The notes beneath the pieces are model-generated. The model was not told the DNA's origin and did no database searches. It was given only the letters and a program-made list of their open reading frames with translations. A stretch of DNA of 64,000 nucleotides, taken from contig NC_058368.1 in the NCBI RefSeq assembly GCF_018350175.1, forward strand, positions 197,100,001-197,164,000, written 5' to 3'. Each line of letters begins with the position of its first letter. Within the stretch, counting starts at the first letter, position 1. The position numbers and the translations under genes were made by a program. Below, in pieces: positions 31,742-46,058 of this stretch. Origin of the DNA: Felis catus. Lineage: Eukaryota.

Positions 31742-31745
31742 TCAT
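31438..31745. repeat. ~300 bp compound (CCTT)n/(CTTT)n polypyrimidine tract, at the tail of a reverse SINE (~31745-31895)
   Basis: Pure C/T on the + strand; adjoins SINE motifs tttattcatttgagagagag...gagatcatgacctgagcc. Confidence 0.95.
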
Positions 31746-31975
31746 TATTTATTCATTTGAGAGAGAGCGGGGTGGAGAGAATCCTAAGCAGGCTCCACAC
31801 CCAGCAAAGAGCCCGACTCAGAGCTTGATCTCACGACCCTGAGATCATGACCTGAGCCAAAATCAAGAGTCAGACGTTTAACCAACTGAGCACCCCCTCC
31901 CCGTTTCTCCCCTCAGAACAGGGTCCTACACAGCCAGGAGGGTCCCAGGCGTTAGGGGGAAAGCTCCCCTCATCA

Positions 31976-32134
<159 letters not shown>

Positions 32135-32857
32135 TCAGGCCATTGGGGCAGAGAAAGCCAAGGATGAGCACGGTAAAACGGGAAGAAGGCTGGATTTGGG
32201 GTCAGGAGGCCTCCACCCCCTCCTTTGTTAGTGACATTGGTCAAGTGACTTCATCACTCTGAGACCTGTTTGGCCTTCTCACCTGTAAACCGGTCCCAAT
32301 AATCCCTCGCCTTGTCTGTCTGCCAGGGTTATCAAGAGGGTCCAATAAGACCCTATCTGGTGTGGTGCTTTGGAGGGTTTCAAGAGTTGGGCAGTGAAGG
32401 CAAAGGGTCTTCCCTCCATCTTTCAGTCCCTGAGACTTCCACCTGACCCGCAGCTCTCTCCATGCAGAATAGTGCTGTCCGCCCTCGGGAAGGAGCAGGG
32501 GCCACCACGCCCTGCCCGCTGCCCATTGGGGCTGCTCCCATGCCCACGGTGCCACTCGCTTTCTGCGGAGGCGCAGGGACCGCCCATCCCCGGGGCCAGG
32601 CGGCCACTACCGGTGGACGTGAGTGGCAGGAGAGAGAGCACGGAACGCGCCACACCTTCTTTGGCCTTCGCGTTCATCCCTACCTCTCCTCCAATCTGGG
32701 GGATGATTCCCATAACCATACAGACTCTGACTAGGCTTTCAGACCTGGCAGGGCCCAGGGAGGCCAAGCGACTTGCCCGAAGGGACTCAGCGTTGCAACG
32801 TCAGAGCCGGGCCCCCACCGCGTCCGAGGGCCTTCCAGAGGCCGGGCAGGGGACTCA

Positions 32858-33154
<297 letters not shown>

Positions 33155-33720
33155 TTAAACTTTGTTCTTGTTTTTATTGTACCTGAGCATTTCCTTCTGC
33201 AAGTGAAACGGGGCCCAGGGCCCGGCACTGGGGCTGCTCTGGGGACTGCCAGGGGACAAACAGGGCCGAGCACAGCGGGCCAGCCACGACCCCTCCCACA
33301 GTGCTGTGAGGGCTGCTGATGACATCGGCCTGTTCTGTCACCGGAAGTGAGGCTCCGAGAGTCACCCAGTGGTGACACCCCCTCCCGCCGCCCCCCCCCG
33401 TCACCCCCCCCCTCCCCCCCCGTCACTCAGACCCCTCCAACACTGCGGGACACGGCACAGCTCGTCGGAGCTGACTTAGCTCTGGACTTCGCAGTGATCA
33501 CCTCGCGGGGCGGACGAGGACGCCTGCCGCTGAGCACACGGCGTGCGATGTGCGTGCTGCGTGGTGTGTGTGGAGCGTGGGTTGCGTACGTGAGTTTCAG
33601 TGGCTCGAGGGCGGAGGCGTACGAAGAACACGCCCAGGGTGGAGAAGGAACAGAGTGGATGAGAACATGGGCCACGCGGCGAGCCCTAGCCTTCCCCGTG
33701 CCGCAGGCCCTGGGGAGTTA

Positions 33721-34095
<375 letters not shown>

Positions 34096-34419
34096 TCAGA
34101 CCCCATATGGCCTTGGCTTGAGGACTGACCCTCCCGAGGCCAGCCTGGCAACGCTGAGCCCTGAGCAGAGGCTCTCGGGCCTGTCTTTGCCCCAGCACGA
34201 GGGGCCTTTGTCACTGCAGCTCGAGGCTCAGTGCGGGTCCCAGGCCGGAGCTCCCGGCCATCCAGCATCCAGGCAGGAAGGGAGCCTTCCTGTCTCATCA
34301 GTTCATACACTTCAATCTCTGGAACCTTCTGTTTCCGGTGCCTTGGTGGGAGCCAAGCTAAACATTAACCCTTCCCAACCCAGGCCCTAAACCGTGATCA
34401 CCAGTCCTTCTGTGTTCAC

Positions 34420-34570
34420 CAGCGGTTTTCAAACTTGAGTGTATCTAGGAATGACCCGGGATCTCGTCAAAACGTGGAGGCTGGCTCAGGTCTGGGGCAG
34501 GGCCTGAGACCCTGCATGTCCAGGGAGCTCCCAGCTGCTGCTGACGTTGCTTCTTGAGAGCACACAGAGC
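34420..34570. mobile_element. MER5-like hAT MITE
   Basis: cagcggttttcaaacttgagtgtatctaggaatgacc...ggtctggggcagggcctgaga. Confidence 0.6.
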
Positions 34571-34733
34571 TGCGACATTCGACAGCACACAGTCCTTTAA
34601 AGACCGGAGCATGCCACAGCCATGAGGTCATGATGTCTCCCTGTCCCAAACGGTAGCTTGGGACTTGGTGCGCCTGAGACCAAAGACCAGCCTCGTTACA
34701 GTAGTAGAAACACTAAGAGCTAACCATGCTGAG

Positions 34734-34952
34734 AGGCCTGGGTGCTTCAGCCGGTTAAGCATCTGACTCTTAATTTCGGCTCGGGTCGTGATCTTTTAGT
34801 TCGTGGGGTCGAGCCCCGCATCAGGCTCTTCGTGGACAGCCGGAGCCTGCTTAGGCTTTTCTCTCTCTCTCTCCCTCTCTCAATCTCTCCTTGCCCCTCC
34901 CCCACTCACTCTCTCAAACTAAATAAACATTAAAAAAATAAATAAAAATAAA
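34734..34952 (+). mobile_element. Carnivore SINE
   Basis: Diverged head, CT tract, aaataaacattaaaaaa tail. Confidence 0.88.
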
Positions 34953-36737
34953 ACCTAACTGCGTTGAGCAGTTATCGTGAGTTGTGCTACGCCTGTCATA
35001 CGTATAGTCTCATTTGACTCCACTAGCAAGCATTTTATGGCTCAGAGTGGTTAAATAACTCCTCCAGGGTCACACAGCCGGTGGAGCCTCAACTGGACCT
35101 GGTTTCCTCACTCACTTTCAACCATGGCACTATACTGCCTTACAGTATTTTATACACGCCTGCCAAAAAGTTTTGGGATAGGTCCCATGATCACACGTGC
35201 TTTTTAGAGGAAGCAACCAAGGCTCAGAGAAGAGAACTGACGTGCTTGCAAATACACAGACGCCTCAGGAGAGCCAGGCCTTCGGCTACCGCCTCTGGAC
35301 TCCCAGCCCCCCGTGTTTCTCTCCACTCTGGGCCCCCTAAGGAAACAACCAGACTCTGGCTTGCAGTTACAGGGGCTGGGTGTGTCAGAGGGGCTGTAGC
35401 ATTGTGCACAAGAGAACTGGCCCTGGGACCAAACTCCCGGGTTCAAGTTCAGGCTCCATCATTCCTTCATCGTGGGACCTTTGCAGATTACTTAGCCTGT
35501 GACTCAGTTTCCTCCTCTGTACACGGGGGTAAGAACAGCACCTGCCTTAAATGGCTGCTGTGACGATTAATCATGTCCTGCGTGAAAAGTGCTTTGCCCC
35601 ACGCAGAGTAAATGCTCACCCCAAGTCAGCTGTCACTGCTGTCATTATAGTATTTATTTACCATGCTGGTCTGTGCTGGGAGCGTCCGCTCCCTCAGTAG
35701 GCCGTGAGGCTCTAGACGGTGTAGACTGTGCTAGGAATCTCAGCTTCCTTAGCATCTAGCCTGGGGCCTGCTCAGTGCCCGGGCTCCACGCACAGATGAC
35801 CACATCAGGACCTTTTTTGTAAAAACAGAAATCTTACATACAGATAGCGGCAGTCGTTGGAAAAACGTGGCGTGGCCGTGGCAGTCTCTCTGTGGCATTC
35901 CCTCGTCACCTCAGATTTGTTGTAAATGAGCCGAAGGCCGATCCTGTCACCTACACTGAGCTCCCTCCGCCGCGGGGCGCTGAGGCAGGGGCTTTGCGAG
36001 CACGGCACAGCTCATCTGCGAGCAGGTCGCGCTGGGATGCCCTCGAGCTGAGGCCGAGGAAGGCTGTGGGATGGCAGCACGGCTTGAAAGAGGTGAAGCC
36101 AGGCTGATTCTACGTTTGTGTGATTCCTGGAGCTGTTGAGTCGCACGACGGCAGGGGGCGCCGCTCGCCTCCGCAGCCCAAGTGCAAGGGACCTGGAGGC
36201 CCTGCTTCCTCCAGGGCCCGAGCCCCTGCACTGCCGCCTGAGCAAGGCTTCTAGGTGGGTGGGTTTCCCTCCTGGAAGCAGGAGACCACTTAAAATCATA
36301 ACATCATTTTAGGTAAATTTTAGGTGTTGCAAAGGAAATCTTTACAAACGGAGTCACAGACCTCTCTGGCCCCTTCGTCAGATATATTGAAAGTTAACTC
36401 GGTTCTAAAATATTTACTGAGCCTGGTTACACGCCACTCGGGGGATTCGAAAATGAATAAGACGTTGTTCCAGTGGGTATGCTCCCTCTCCGTCTCTCTC
36501 TGTCTCTGTCTCTCTCTCTCTGTCTCTCTCTCTCTCACACACACACCTTATCGTACACCCACGTCATTACACACAAGGGAGGCCATGCTAAATGTTACCA
36601 GGAAGGCACCGCAGGGGACCATGGCAGCTTTCTTGTGGCTCGCAGCCATGGTTCGTATTTGAAAATTCCTAACACGGCTCTGCTATCATGTGGGAATGTC
36701 AAGGCCATGGGGCACAGTGACTGTTTAGCCCTCTACC

Positions 36738-37570
36738 AGTGGCTCTGCAACTTTCTGGCCTGGGGACTCCTTTGCACAATCGAAAAGATTATCAAGGACT
36801 CCAAAGAACTTTGGTTCTATGTGGGTTATATCTGTCGATCTTGACTGTATTGCAAATTAAGGCTGAGAACGTTTTAAACCAGGAGAATACACAGGCACAC
36901 ATTCCGTTAGCTTTCAGAGCTGTCGCGTCATCCCATACGACACAACCTCTGGAAAACTCCACTGCAAACATGAAAGAATGGGAGTGAAAAAACACACACG
37001 GGGGAGGGGGGGGGCGCCTGGGTGGTTCAGTCAGTTGAGCGTCCAACTCTTGATTTCACCTCGGCTCAAGATCTCACAGTCGTGAGATCAAGCCCCGCCC
37101 ACACCCAGCTCTGTGCTAGGTGTGGAGCCTTCTTGAGACGCTCCCTCTCCTCCTTCTGGCCCTCCCCTGAGCACACGCTCTCTCTCTCTCTCTCTCTAAA
37201 ATAATCATAATAGTGGGGCACCTGGGTGGCTCAGTTGGTTAAATGTCTGATTTCGGCTCAGGTCGTGAGCTCACGGCTCATGAGTTCGAGCCCCGTGTTG
37301 GGCTCTGTGCTGACAGCTCAGAGCCTTAGAGACTGCTTTGGATTCTGTGTCTCCCTCTCTCTCTATCTGCCCCTCCCCTGCTAGCCCTCTGTCTCTCTCT
37401 CTCTCTCAAAAATAAACAAACATATAAATAAATAAATGAATAAATAAATAAATAAATAAAGACATATGGGGTCTGAGTACTATATAAAAGTAGTTTTGAC
37501 TGCGTGGACTCCCAGAAAGCATCTTGGGGCATTGCCCCCGCCCCCAACCACACCTTTCTGAGAATTGCCA
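36738..37570. mobile_element. Charlie1-family hAT remnant interrupted by two tandem forward SINEs (~37010-37205 and 37215-37460)
   Basis: ggactccaaagaactttggttctatgtgggttatatctgtcgat resembles the Charlie1 end; two SINE heads inside; terminus ...tttctgagaattgcc. Confidence 0.65.
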
Positions 37571-39409
37571 GCCTTCAATGAATGACCTCGGATTTGCTAA
37601 GTCTGCCCCTCTTGTCCATTCCTCCCTCCCGTCCTTTGGGTCTGTCATTTTGTGCTGAGGTCCCAGAGATTCCTTCTCGCTGCTATCAGCCAGTGTCTGT
37701 TTGTGGCAGCATTCCTGCTTGGAAAGCCTCTTCGGCTTCCAATTTGGGGTTTGTTGCAGTTGTTTCTAAAGCGAGCACCATCAGGTTGTGAGTGAGTTCT
37801 CGGCATTGAAATGCGGGAGTTGCAGGACCCAAGCTTTGTTAACAGCTTTTTGAATGTTTTTCCCTGCTTGTTAACGGGATTCCTAACATGGGACCCTGAC
37901 TTCTCAAAATGTTCTTGTGTAATGGAGGCATGGTCACAAAAGTCCAGGCAGAGCAAAGAAGGCGGGAACCAAGCAACGCTGGGAGGAGCAGATGGGTAGC
38001 AAGGAGACACCTCGTGCTGTGCCCGTGGTGGCTTTTGCAGCCAGGAAGGGCCCGGCAGGCAGCAGGTGGTGGGTGGTCCAGGGAGAGTCACACAGCATTT
38101 CTCAAGTGCGGCTGGCTGGCGGAGAGAGCATGAGCCAGTGGGGAAAAGCTCAGCCTCCGGGCAGCGAACCTGCGAGAAGCCTCCCGAGGGCCGAGCAGTT
38201 ACTGTGTGCAGGGCAGTTAGGGCGCGCCCTCCCGTTTAATCCTCAGAAACTGCACAGGAGGGACATAGCGTTGCTGACTGCGCCCCACGGAGGGAGGGAG
38301 CGGAGGCTCAGAGAAGTGAGGCTGCCCAACCAGTAAGTGGTAAGGCCGGGCCTGGAGCCCAGGTCTGTCTGACTTCAAAGTGTGCACCTGTGCCTGAATC
38401 CTCCACCAGAAAACATGGGCTCAGGGCAGCGGAGGCCGGGCCTGGGGAAGGAAGGAGGCAAGTGGCCCCTCAGAGCCCTCCTGCCAAAGGGCTCTGGGCC
38501 AGGACGTCATCAGGCCTCCTGACCAGGGCTCCCCACACTGGCTGGGTGGAGACCCTTACTGTGGGGCTGAAATTCTTGCTCAGTGACTCTCTCCACTGGG
38601 CCTGCAGGTGAACTTCAGAGCCCTCACTATGAAGATCTCCAGGAAGAAAAACAAGCTCCTCAAAGCATATACCTGACTCAACCCCAGGATCTCAGCCCAG
38701 AGACACCTTTACACCCTCCTGGATACTGGGGAGCTTTCAGCCAGTGTTTGGCTCTGCGAAGACAGTACAGAACCGCCGAGAGAAGGTGTGTGCAAAGTGC
38801 CGAGAGCAGAGACGCGTCAATAGCCTGTATCCGAGAACGTTCATCTCTCTCCTTATCTCGTCTTAGCACAGAACTTCCCCCCTCCTCCTCCGTCCCTCTC
38901 ATGCTGTGGCCCTACCTGACTTCCCAGCCTGTCCCTGCTGGGATCCCCACGCCCCCTACACTCCCATCCAGACTGCTCACACTCCCTTACACGCCCTTCG
39001 TGGACAGAGCTCCGGAATTACACGGGACACGACTATTCTTTCGCCACGTTTTGGCGCAAGCTAAATGCCGTAACCCACGTAAAACAGCCCTTGTGAACCC
39101 TCGTAAAACAGCTGGCTTTCAGGTGCAGTGAACTCGGATGGGCCTTCTGTCGCGGCTTCGTCTTTAATGCCAGAAAACCAAAACCACAGGGATTGGAACG
39201 AACCATCACGGAATTTAATTTGGAGAGAAAGCATACGGCCAGTGGTTCTGCTAGGCCTCAAACAGACCGCCAGGACAGCAGCCTCACATTTTAGCAACAA
39301 TAAGACCCCCAAGGGGGTTGTTGGAAAGGCAGATTCCCAGCCCGGCCCTCCTGATCTGGCGTGGCTCTTTCAGTAGGCCCTCTACTGGGACCCAGCAAGC
39401 AAGCTGCAT

Positions 39410-39630
39410 TTTTTTGTGTGTGTGTGTGTGTTTATTTATTTTTGAGAGAGAGAGAGAGAGAGTATGAGTGGGAGAGGAGCAGACACACACACACACACAC
39501 ACACAGAATCAGGTTCCAGGCTCTGAGCTGTCAGCACAGAGCCCGACGTGGGGGCTCGAACCCACAGACCGTGAGATCATGACCTGAGCTGGAGTCAGAC
39601 GCTTATCCAACTGAGCCACCCGGGCGCCCC
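39410..39630 (-). mobile_element. SINEC_Fc-type SINE with internal (GT)/(GA)/(CA) expansions, inserted in a MER5-like remnant
   Basis: TSD gcaag(c/t)tgcatttt. Confidence 0.9.
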
Positions 39631-42600
39631 GGCAGCAAGTTGCATTTTAACAAGTACTCCAGGTGATCCCAAGACGCAGCCTTTGAAAGAGGCTCGGCCG
39701 GAAAACGCATAACTACAGGGCACGTCTGTGAACACAGGGAACGTGGGAAGACCTTCCTCATTTCCTAAAACGTTCTCGTTAGACACCACTTTTGAAATAA
39801 CTGAGTGTCCAGCTGGGAATAAGGGCTCCTACAGAATATAAAGAGCCGGAGCCAGGAAGCCTGCTTAGAGGAGCACGGCGATTAGGGCCTCGGGGTCACA
39901 TGTGCTCCACTGCGATTCCTGAGATTCCTGAGCCACCATTTCCCAGCTGTACAGGGGTGGCACGCGAGGGAGCTCTGAGCCCTGGCCTTCTCATCTGGGT
40001 CGTGACAATGGTAGGATGGCCACCGCCTATGCTGGCCGAACTCGGTAGTCATGCTCATGGGGCGCTCTGTCTGCGGTGCTGTGCCTGGAGCCAGCGGTCA
40101 CTTGATCACAGCCATACCATTGTCATGGTTGCCGTTTCCTGATACTCCCCAGGGCCGTGCAGATTCCAGAGCACCGGTCAGAGAGGATTTGGCGACAGGT
40201 CTGCCGTAGTTGTGTAACGAGAGCTCCGTGAGGACAGGAGCTGTGTCTCAATCATACTGGCTGCCCGGTAAGCATTTGCTGAACATTTTGATGGGCTAGG
40301 GCAGTCTTCTCATTTTAAAGATTTAAAGAGAAGTGAGCGTCCGAGAGGTTGTTTGACTTAACCGTGGTCACACAACCAATGGAAGATAAAAGTCCCTAGC
40401 GTTAGACTCACACGAAGCTTGCTGCTACTTGGCTGAGTCATCAAAGAGTGGCGAGGAACACAGGCTGTGCCCAGTCTGGTCCCTCCCAGCTTGGCCATTT
40501 TCCAGCTGTGGCTCTGGGGAGATTTCTTAACCCATCTAAGCTTCCAGTTCTTTATCTGCAGACCGTGGAGATAATCACGGTAGCTGCTTCACATGGTCAT
40601 TGTAAAGATGAAATGAAGCCATGCGTATGGGGCTCAGTGCACTGGACAGGTGCCTCACCATTCGTGTGTGACCTCCAGGGGGGTTTCAGGTGTGGGGGAC
40701 AAGGGAGGGGGTATCGGGGGACAGGAGGACACCGGGGGGGACCCTGCGAGCCTCATCACGTTGACCATTGATGGGGCTGGACTTGACACTGAGCTTAGGG
40801 TGGCTATGGCAGTAGGGGTAGGGGGGTAGGGGCAGTAGGCAGCCCCTTTACTCAGAGAGCTCACACCCCCCAGGACAACCCTCCTCTCTTACCAGGTGGG
40901 GGGACATCTTCCAGCTGCAGGGGAATCCTATCCCTGCTGTCTCCAGTCAGGAAGGCTCTCGTTCACCAATTCCTAACCCGCCCCCCTTCTATGTTCCCTC
41001 CTGGACCAGGTCCTGTCTGCTTTCTGAGGACAGACTGGGGCACTGGGACAGCATTATCTCTTATGTCTAAAGTTTATTTAGAACCACGAATACATTTCAT
41101 TGATCTTGTTTGGCTTAGCGGAGCCTTAGGGAGGTACAGTGAATTCCAGTGAGGAAAAGAACACAGGAAGAAATGGTTGAATCATTGTTTATAAAACTTC
41201 AATCTTTCACTAAGTGGGACAGACAGGCTCAGAAACCCAAGATGGGTGATAATTGTTCTCTGGGATGCAAAAAAGTTTGCCAAATAAAATTAGGAATCTA
41301 TTTTAAAATGTATTTAAGATCAGACCACTAAGTATTTATTGTTACTGGTGAATACCCAACTAAGATCAATTTTTTCTCTGCTCCCCCACCCTCCCTGTTT
41401 AAATCAAAATGAGACGGCACAGAGCAGAAAATAAGCCAGCAGGCAAAAAAGCACTGTTACTTGCTCCCAGGACTGCCTCCTTTCTGCACACCAGATGCAG
41501 CATGAATGACGCCTTCAAGCAAAAGTTCTTTACCACAGCCAGTATGGGTTCTAACGCAGGGAAGGTTGGATTTATTTAGAGATCTCAAAGGTAGGGTCTA
41601 ATTTCCATAACAAGACACAAGTGAATAACCTTCTGCAAACCACAGGTTTAATAACCCCTGTTTCAGCACCTACACGGTCAGCCCAGTGGGCGCTCTGACT
41701 TGTGAGATCTCATTCCTGGGGACCTTTTAGACTCTGGAATTTGTAAAAATGCTTGCAAATTACCGTTTCAGTAAATGAAAAGCAGTGGGAGGAAATACAA
41801 TTTCTCTTCCCCCCCCCCCCCTTATGTGACAAGCCTCTTTACGACAAAGATAACTCCTCCTTCTTTGTTTTCAAAGTCAAGAGAACATGCAGCAAACATG
41901 ATTTAAAAATGAAAAAACAGGAAGGTTGTCAGTACGGGGGTTTTTACAAAGGGCTCACGTGCTCCGTTTGTTTCAAGTTTTCTTTCTTATTTTCCAAACG
42001 GCAACATAACCCAATTTCCATCTCACAAAGGCTCCTGAGCTGGAGAAAGAACCAGGGTGCTACGTTCACAGTTTTTGATCGTGTTTTGAGAGATGACTTT
42101 CTATATGGCGTGCTTTAGCAAGCTAACGCGTTCATGAGGTATGACGACCCACTGTAGGGACGGAAAGGCAGATCATCCTGGAAAGGAAAGCAGTCCACTT
42201 ACCAGGTGTGACCTCAGCGTTCGGGTTGGGGGGAAGGAACGGAGAGGAACCTTTCTGGTGGCCTTCCAACCCTGTGAGCCCTTCCAGAGAGACCTCCCTC
42301 CAGGCTGCCTTCCTGTTCCTTTTCTCACCCTCTTAACCCAGGGCCTCTGCATATGCTGTTCCCTCTGCTTGTCAGAACTCCCTTCTCCTGCCAACCAGTA
42401 ATGCCCTCTTCAGCTCTCAGCTCCCTCATGACTGCCTCAGGGAAGTTTCCCATTCTCCACTACCTCTGTCCCCCTACTTTACACGAGGATAGCGTCACTC
42501 TCCCTGTGGTGTGGACCATGGTGAAATGTTCATTGAACTGCGCATTTCTTCAATTAACATCAGCGACCCCCACTTGAGCCTGAACTCCACGAGGGCAGGA

Positions 42601-43226
42601 ACAGCCCAGCTTCTGCAGGTGCCTGACACAGCGCATGCTTCAGGTACTTGAGCAATGAATGAAATCTCACAAACGAGAGTTGGTAGTCAAGCAGCTAGTT
42701 AACACGATTTAAAATCCATGTCTATCGTGGCGGATCAGCACCGTAAAAAGATGCCTAAAAGAAGAAAAAACTAGGTAACAATAGTCCCCGGGGAACAAAA
42801 GGAAGCAGAAGTCCAGTTTCTTACTTGGCTAAGCTCTCCAAACCCTCTTTGGTTGAGCTTGTAACCCTCGCCTGAGCATGGCTGCCAACAGATTTAGTGA
42901 CGCCCGTTTCGTAGTTGGGGGATTTTAACCCCCAACATATAAATTAGGAAATAATAATGACTAACATGTATTAAGGAACCCAAACTAACTACTTGAGTTC
43001 AAGTCCCGTCCCCCGCGATGCCTAGCTGTGCGCCTCTGGGACACGTGCGCAACGGCCCCGTGCCTCGCGTTCATCACCAGTGACCTATGAGCCCACGTAC
43101 TTCATCAGTGGGAACGGCGAGAATGCGTCTAGTCCAGCGTCTGGCACGTAGTAAGTTCTCAGTAAACAGTAGCAATTTACATCACTCTTCCATGCACCCC
43201 TCTGCTTTAAGAGACTTCTGTGTATT

Positions 43227-43706
43227 TTTTTTTTAATTTTTTTTTTCAACATTTATTTATTTTTTGGGACAGAGAGACAGAGCATGAACGGGGGAGGGGC
43301 AGAGAGAGAGGAAGACACAGAATCGGAAACAGGCTCCAGGCTCTGAGCCATCAGCCCAGAGCCCGACGCGGGGCTCGAACTCACAGACCGAGAGATCGTG
43401 ACCTGGCTGAAGTCGGACGCTTAACCGACTGCGCCACCCAGGCGCCCCAAGACTTCTGTGTATTATTTACACACTTTAATTCTTTAAAAAAAATTTTTTT
43501 TTTCAACGTTTATTTATTTTTGGGACAGAGAGAGACAGAGCATGAATGGGGGAGGGGCAGAGAGAGAGGGAGACACAGAATCAGAAACAGGCTCCAGGCT
43601 CTGAGCCATCAGCCCAGAGCCTGACGTGGGGCTCGAACTCACGGACCGCGAGATCGTGACCTGGCTGAAGTCGGACGCTTAACCGACTGCGCCACCCAGG
43701 CGCCCC
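43227..43706 (-). mobile_element. Two tandem young SINEC_Fc copies (43227-43448 and ~43490-43706), each with its own TSD
   Basis: TSDs agacttctgtgtatt and tacacacttt(a/g)attctt. Confidence 0.95.
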
Positions 43707-46058
43707 TACACACTTTGATTCTTATGACAAGGTGGGCTAGGCCCGTCGGGCAGGTGGCAGGTTGCAGGACGGGAGGAGCAGCGAGGGGCTCTTCAGGGGT
43801 GCCCGCCCCAGGGCTCCTTCGCGGCAGCTCCGGGTCAGCGCCGCAGAGGAGCCCCCCCACCTGCAGGCGAGGCCTGCAGCCCTGCGGCTTCTCTTCCGAG
43901 CTGCTGCTGCAGATCTCCCCATCGGGGGCCACGGGGCCGTCTCGCTTCCTTCCTCTGAATTCACAAGCGCTTCTCTCGGAGCCCAAGTGAAGGCCAAACA
44001 GTGGGCACGATGGTCCGCGCCGGTCGGACCAGCATTGTTGGTCACTAAAACAAACACTTCCTGTTGTCCCCGGGGGTTCGGGGAAGACCGCGGTTCACGT
44101 GGGCTGGAAAAGAAGGAAAAGGGAGCAGCGGAGAAAGCCAGCTGCAGAGCCAATGCCTCGGTGCTGACCGCTTGCCAGGAGTTAAATATAGCCCCTGTGC
44201 GAGGCAGGGCAGAGGGAGGTCACCTTGGAAGGCTTTTGTGTGTGTTCATTACCGCTGGCGCAGGAAACCCAGTATCCTTCACGCCGAAGAGAAGGGTGCA
44301 GGTTTGACTCCAGAGGCCAGAAATACAGAATCCTAAGGGAGGGAGGTGGGGAAGAGGAAGGGGAGGATTTGGGGGGGTTTGGTCTGAGAGGACTGGTTTG
44401 GGGCTATGCCTCCCGCCTACCAGTGTGGAATTTGCGGTGAGGCATTTAGCCCCTCTCAGTGTCCCCTTCCTCTCCAGTGAGGAGGGCTTCAGGATTGCCC
44501 ATGTGTTGGTAGCGGGGAGAGGGTTTGTAAATCGTGGGGATTATTATTATTAGGGATCGTTGGGGAGCACACTTCTCTGATCAACTGTTATTTCAGGAAG
44601 ATAGGGAGGCCAGAGGCCAGGGAGGTAGCAGGTCAGTGGGGAAGCGGGTCATGGGAGCCTTTCTGGGGACTCTTCCCAAGAGTCAGTCAGGCCTGGGTGA
44701 CAGGCTCGAGGAAGCCCTGCATCTTAAATGGCCTTTTTCCAGCAGCAGCTCTGCTCAGGTCTCGTCATCTACCAGCAGAGCCCTTGCTCTGGGCACCTGG
44801 TTTCTCAGCCCTGGGCCACCAGGGAAGCCGTTTCCAGACAGGAGGGGGCGGGCCAAGCCACTGACTTCCGAGGATATAGCTCTTGGCTGTGGGACTGGGC
44901 TCTCCCAGAATTGTTCCTTTGTCTGCAGATTCCTCCCTATTTAGCTCACAAAGGAAATGGTTCCAGGAGGAAGTGGAAAACTGTGACACACACATGCTCG
45001 CCCCCCACACAAGATGGCAGCTGTTTCCCCCTACGGCAATCTGCCCCACCGCCTTCACCAGACGCTTTGGGGGGACAGACACAGTCAGGGGAGTGGCCTG
45101 GGAGTGGCCTGGGATACCCGAAGATAAAAGCAGGTAGTATTGTTAAGCTCTTAACTGATATTCCAGATGCTGTGCTAAGCATTTTGCATAGATCACCTCA
45201 CTTAATCCTCATGCGACTCTGTGAGGTAGGTAGTTTTTTACCCTCTGTTTTACCCGGGAGCCAAGTGAGGAGGCTCAGAGAAGCCCGGTCATTTGCCTAA
45301 AGGCACACAGCGAGCAGAACCAGGATTCAAACCTAGACCCAACTCTAGGACCTAAGCTTCCAATTGCTGCATTGTAATACGTTCTGGCCTTCTAACAGGG
45401 GTGCTCTACCATTGCTGGAACCTGCAGTGAGCACCTCATGACCTGTCCCTACTGGTGTCCATTCACAGGACGGGTGCCAGGCCTGAGGCCTTGCATCGGG
45501 CAGGGCTTTCTGTTTCGGAGAAGTTGGAGTTTGAGCACCCGTCTCACCAATAGCCTGCGGCGGACACTGAGGACCCCAGGGTAGGGGTATGCAGATGAGA
45601 CAGATAATAATAGGGATATCCAAGAATGACCATGAGCATTTATTGAGATACATCCCATGAGCTAACACTTCTACTTCTTTTTATAAATAGAACTTCAGGT
45701 GGATAAAAATGGAGTTAGTCCTAATCCTTGCTTCAGGAGACACTGTCGTCATTGGTTCACACGTGCCGCGCTTTTATTTGGTTATTGACTTATGTCATCG
45801 GTTACTTTCGCTCATGTAGGAAACACCCACAAATCTACCACTCAGGGCAAACGCCGGGGTCCCGACTGTATCTTTATATCTAACTACCGTCTCCTGCTTC
45901 TGCCTCCCCTACCCAGGCTGACTGCCATCCTGAATGCTGTAATTGTCACATTCTCGCTTTCCCTTCTGTATAGTGCTATTGCAACCAGGTATATCCACAC
46001 ATTTAAAAAAAAAAAAACCTGTGGTTGTTTTTAACCTCATTAAAAGGGTATAACATTT

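Noticed and set aside
31417..31842. Phe/Leu/Ser-rich and Lys/Glu/Arg-rich ORFs
   Set aside because: These are translations of the (CTTT)n repeat.
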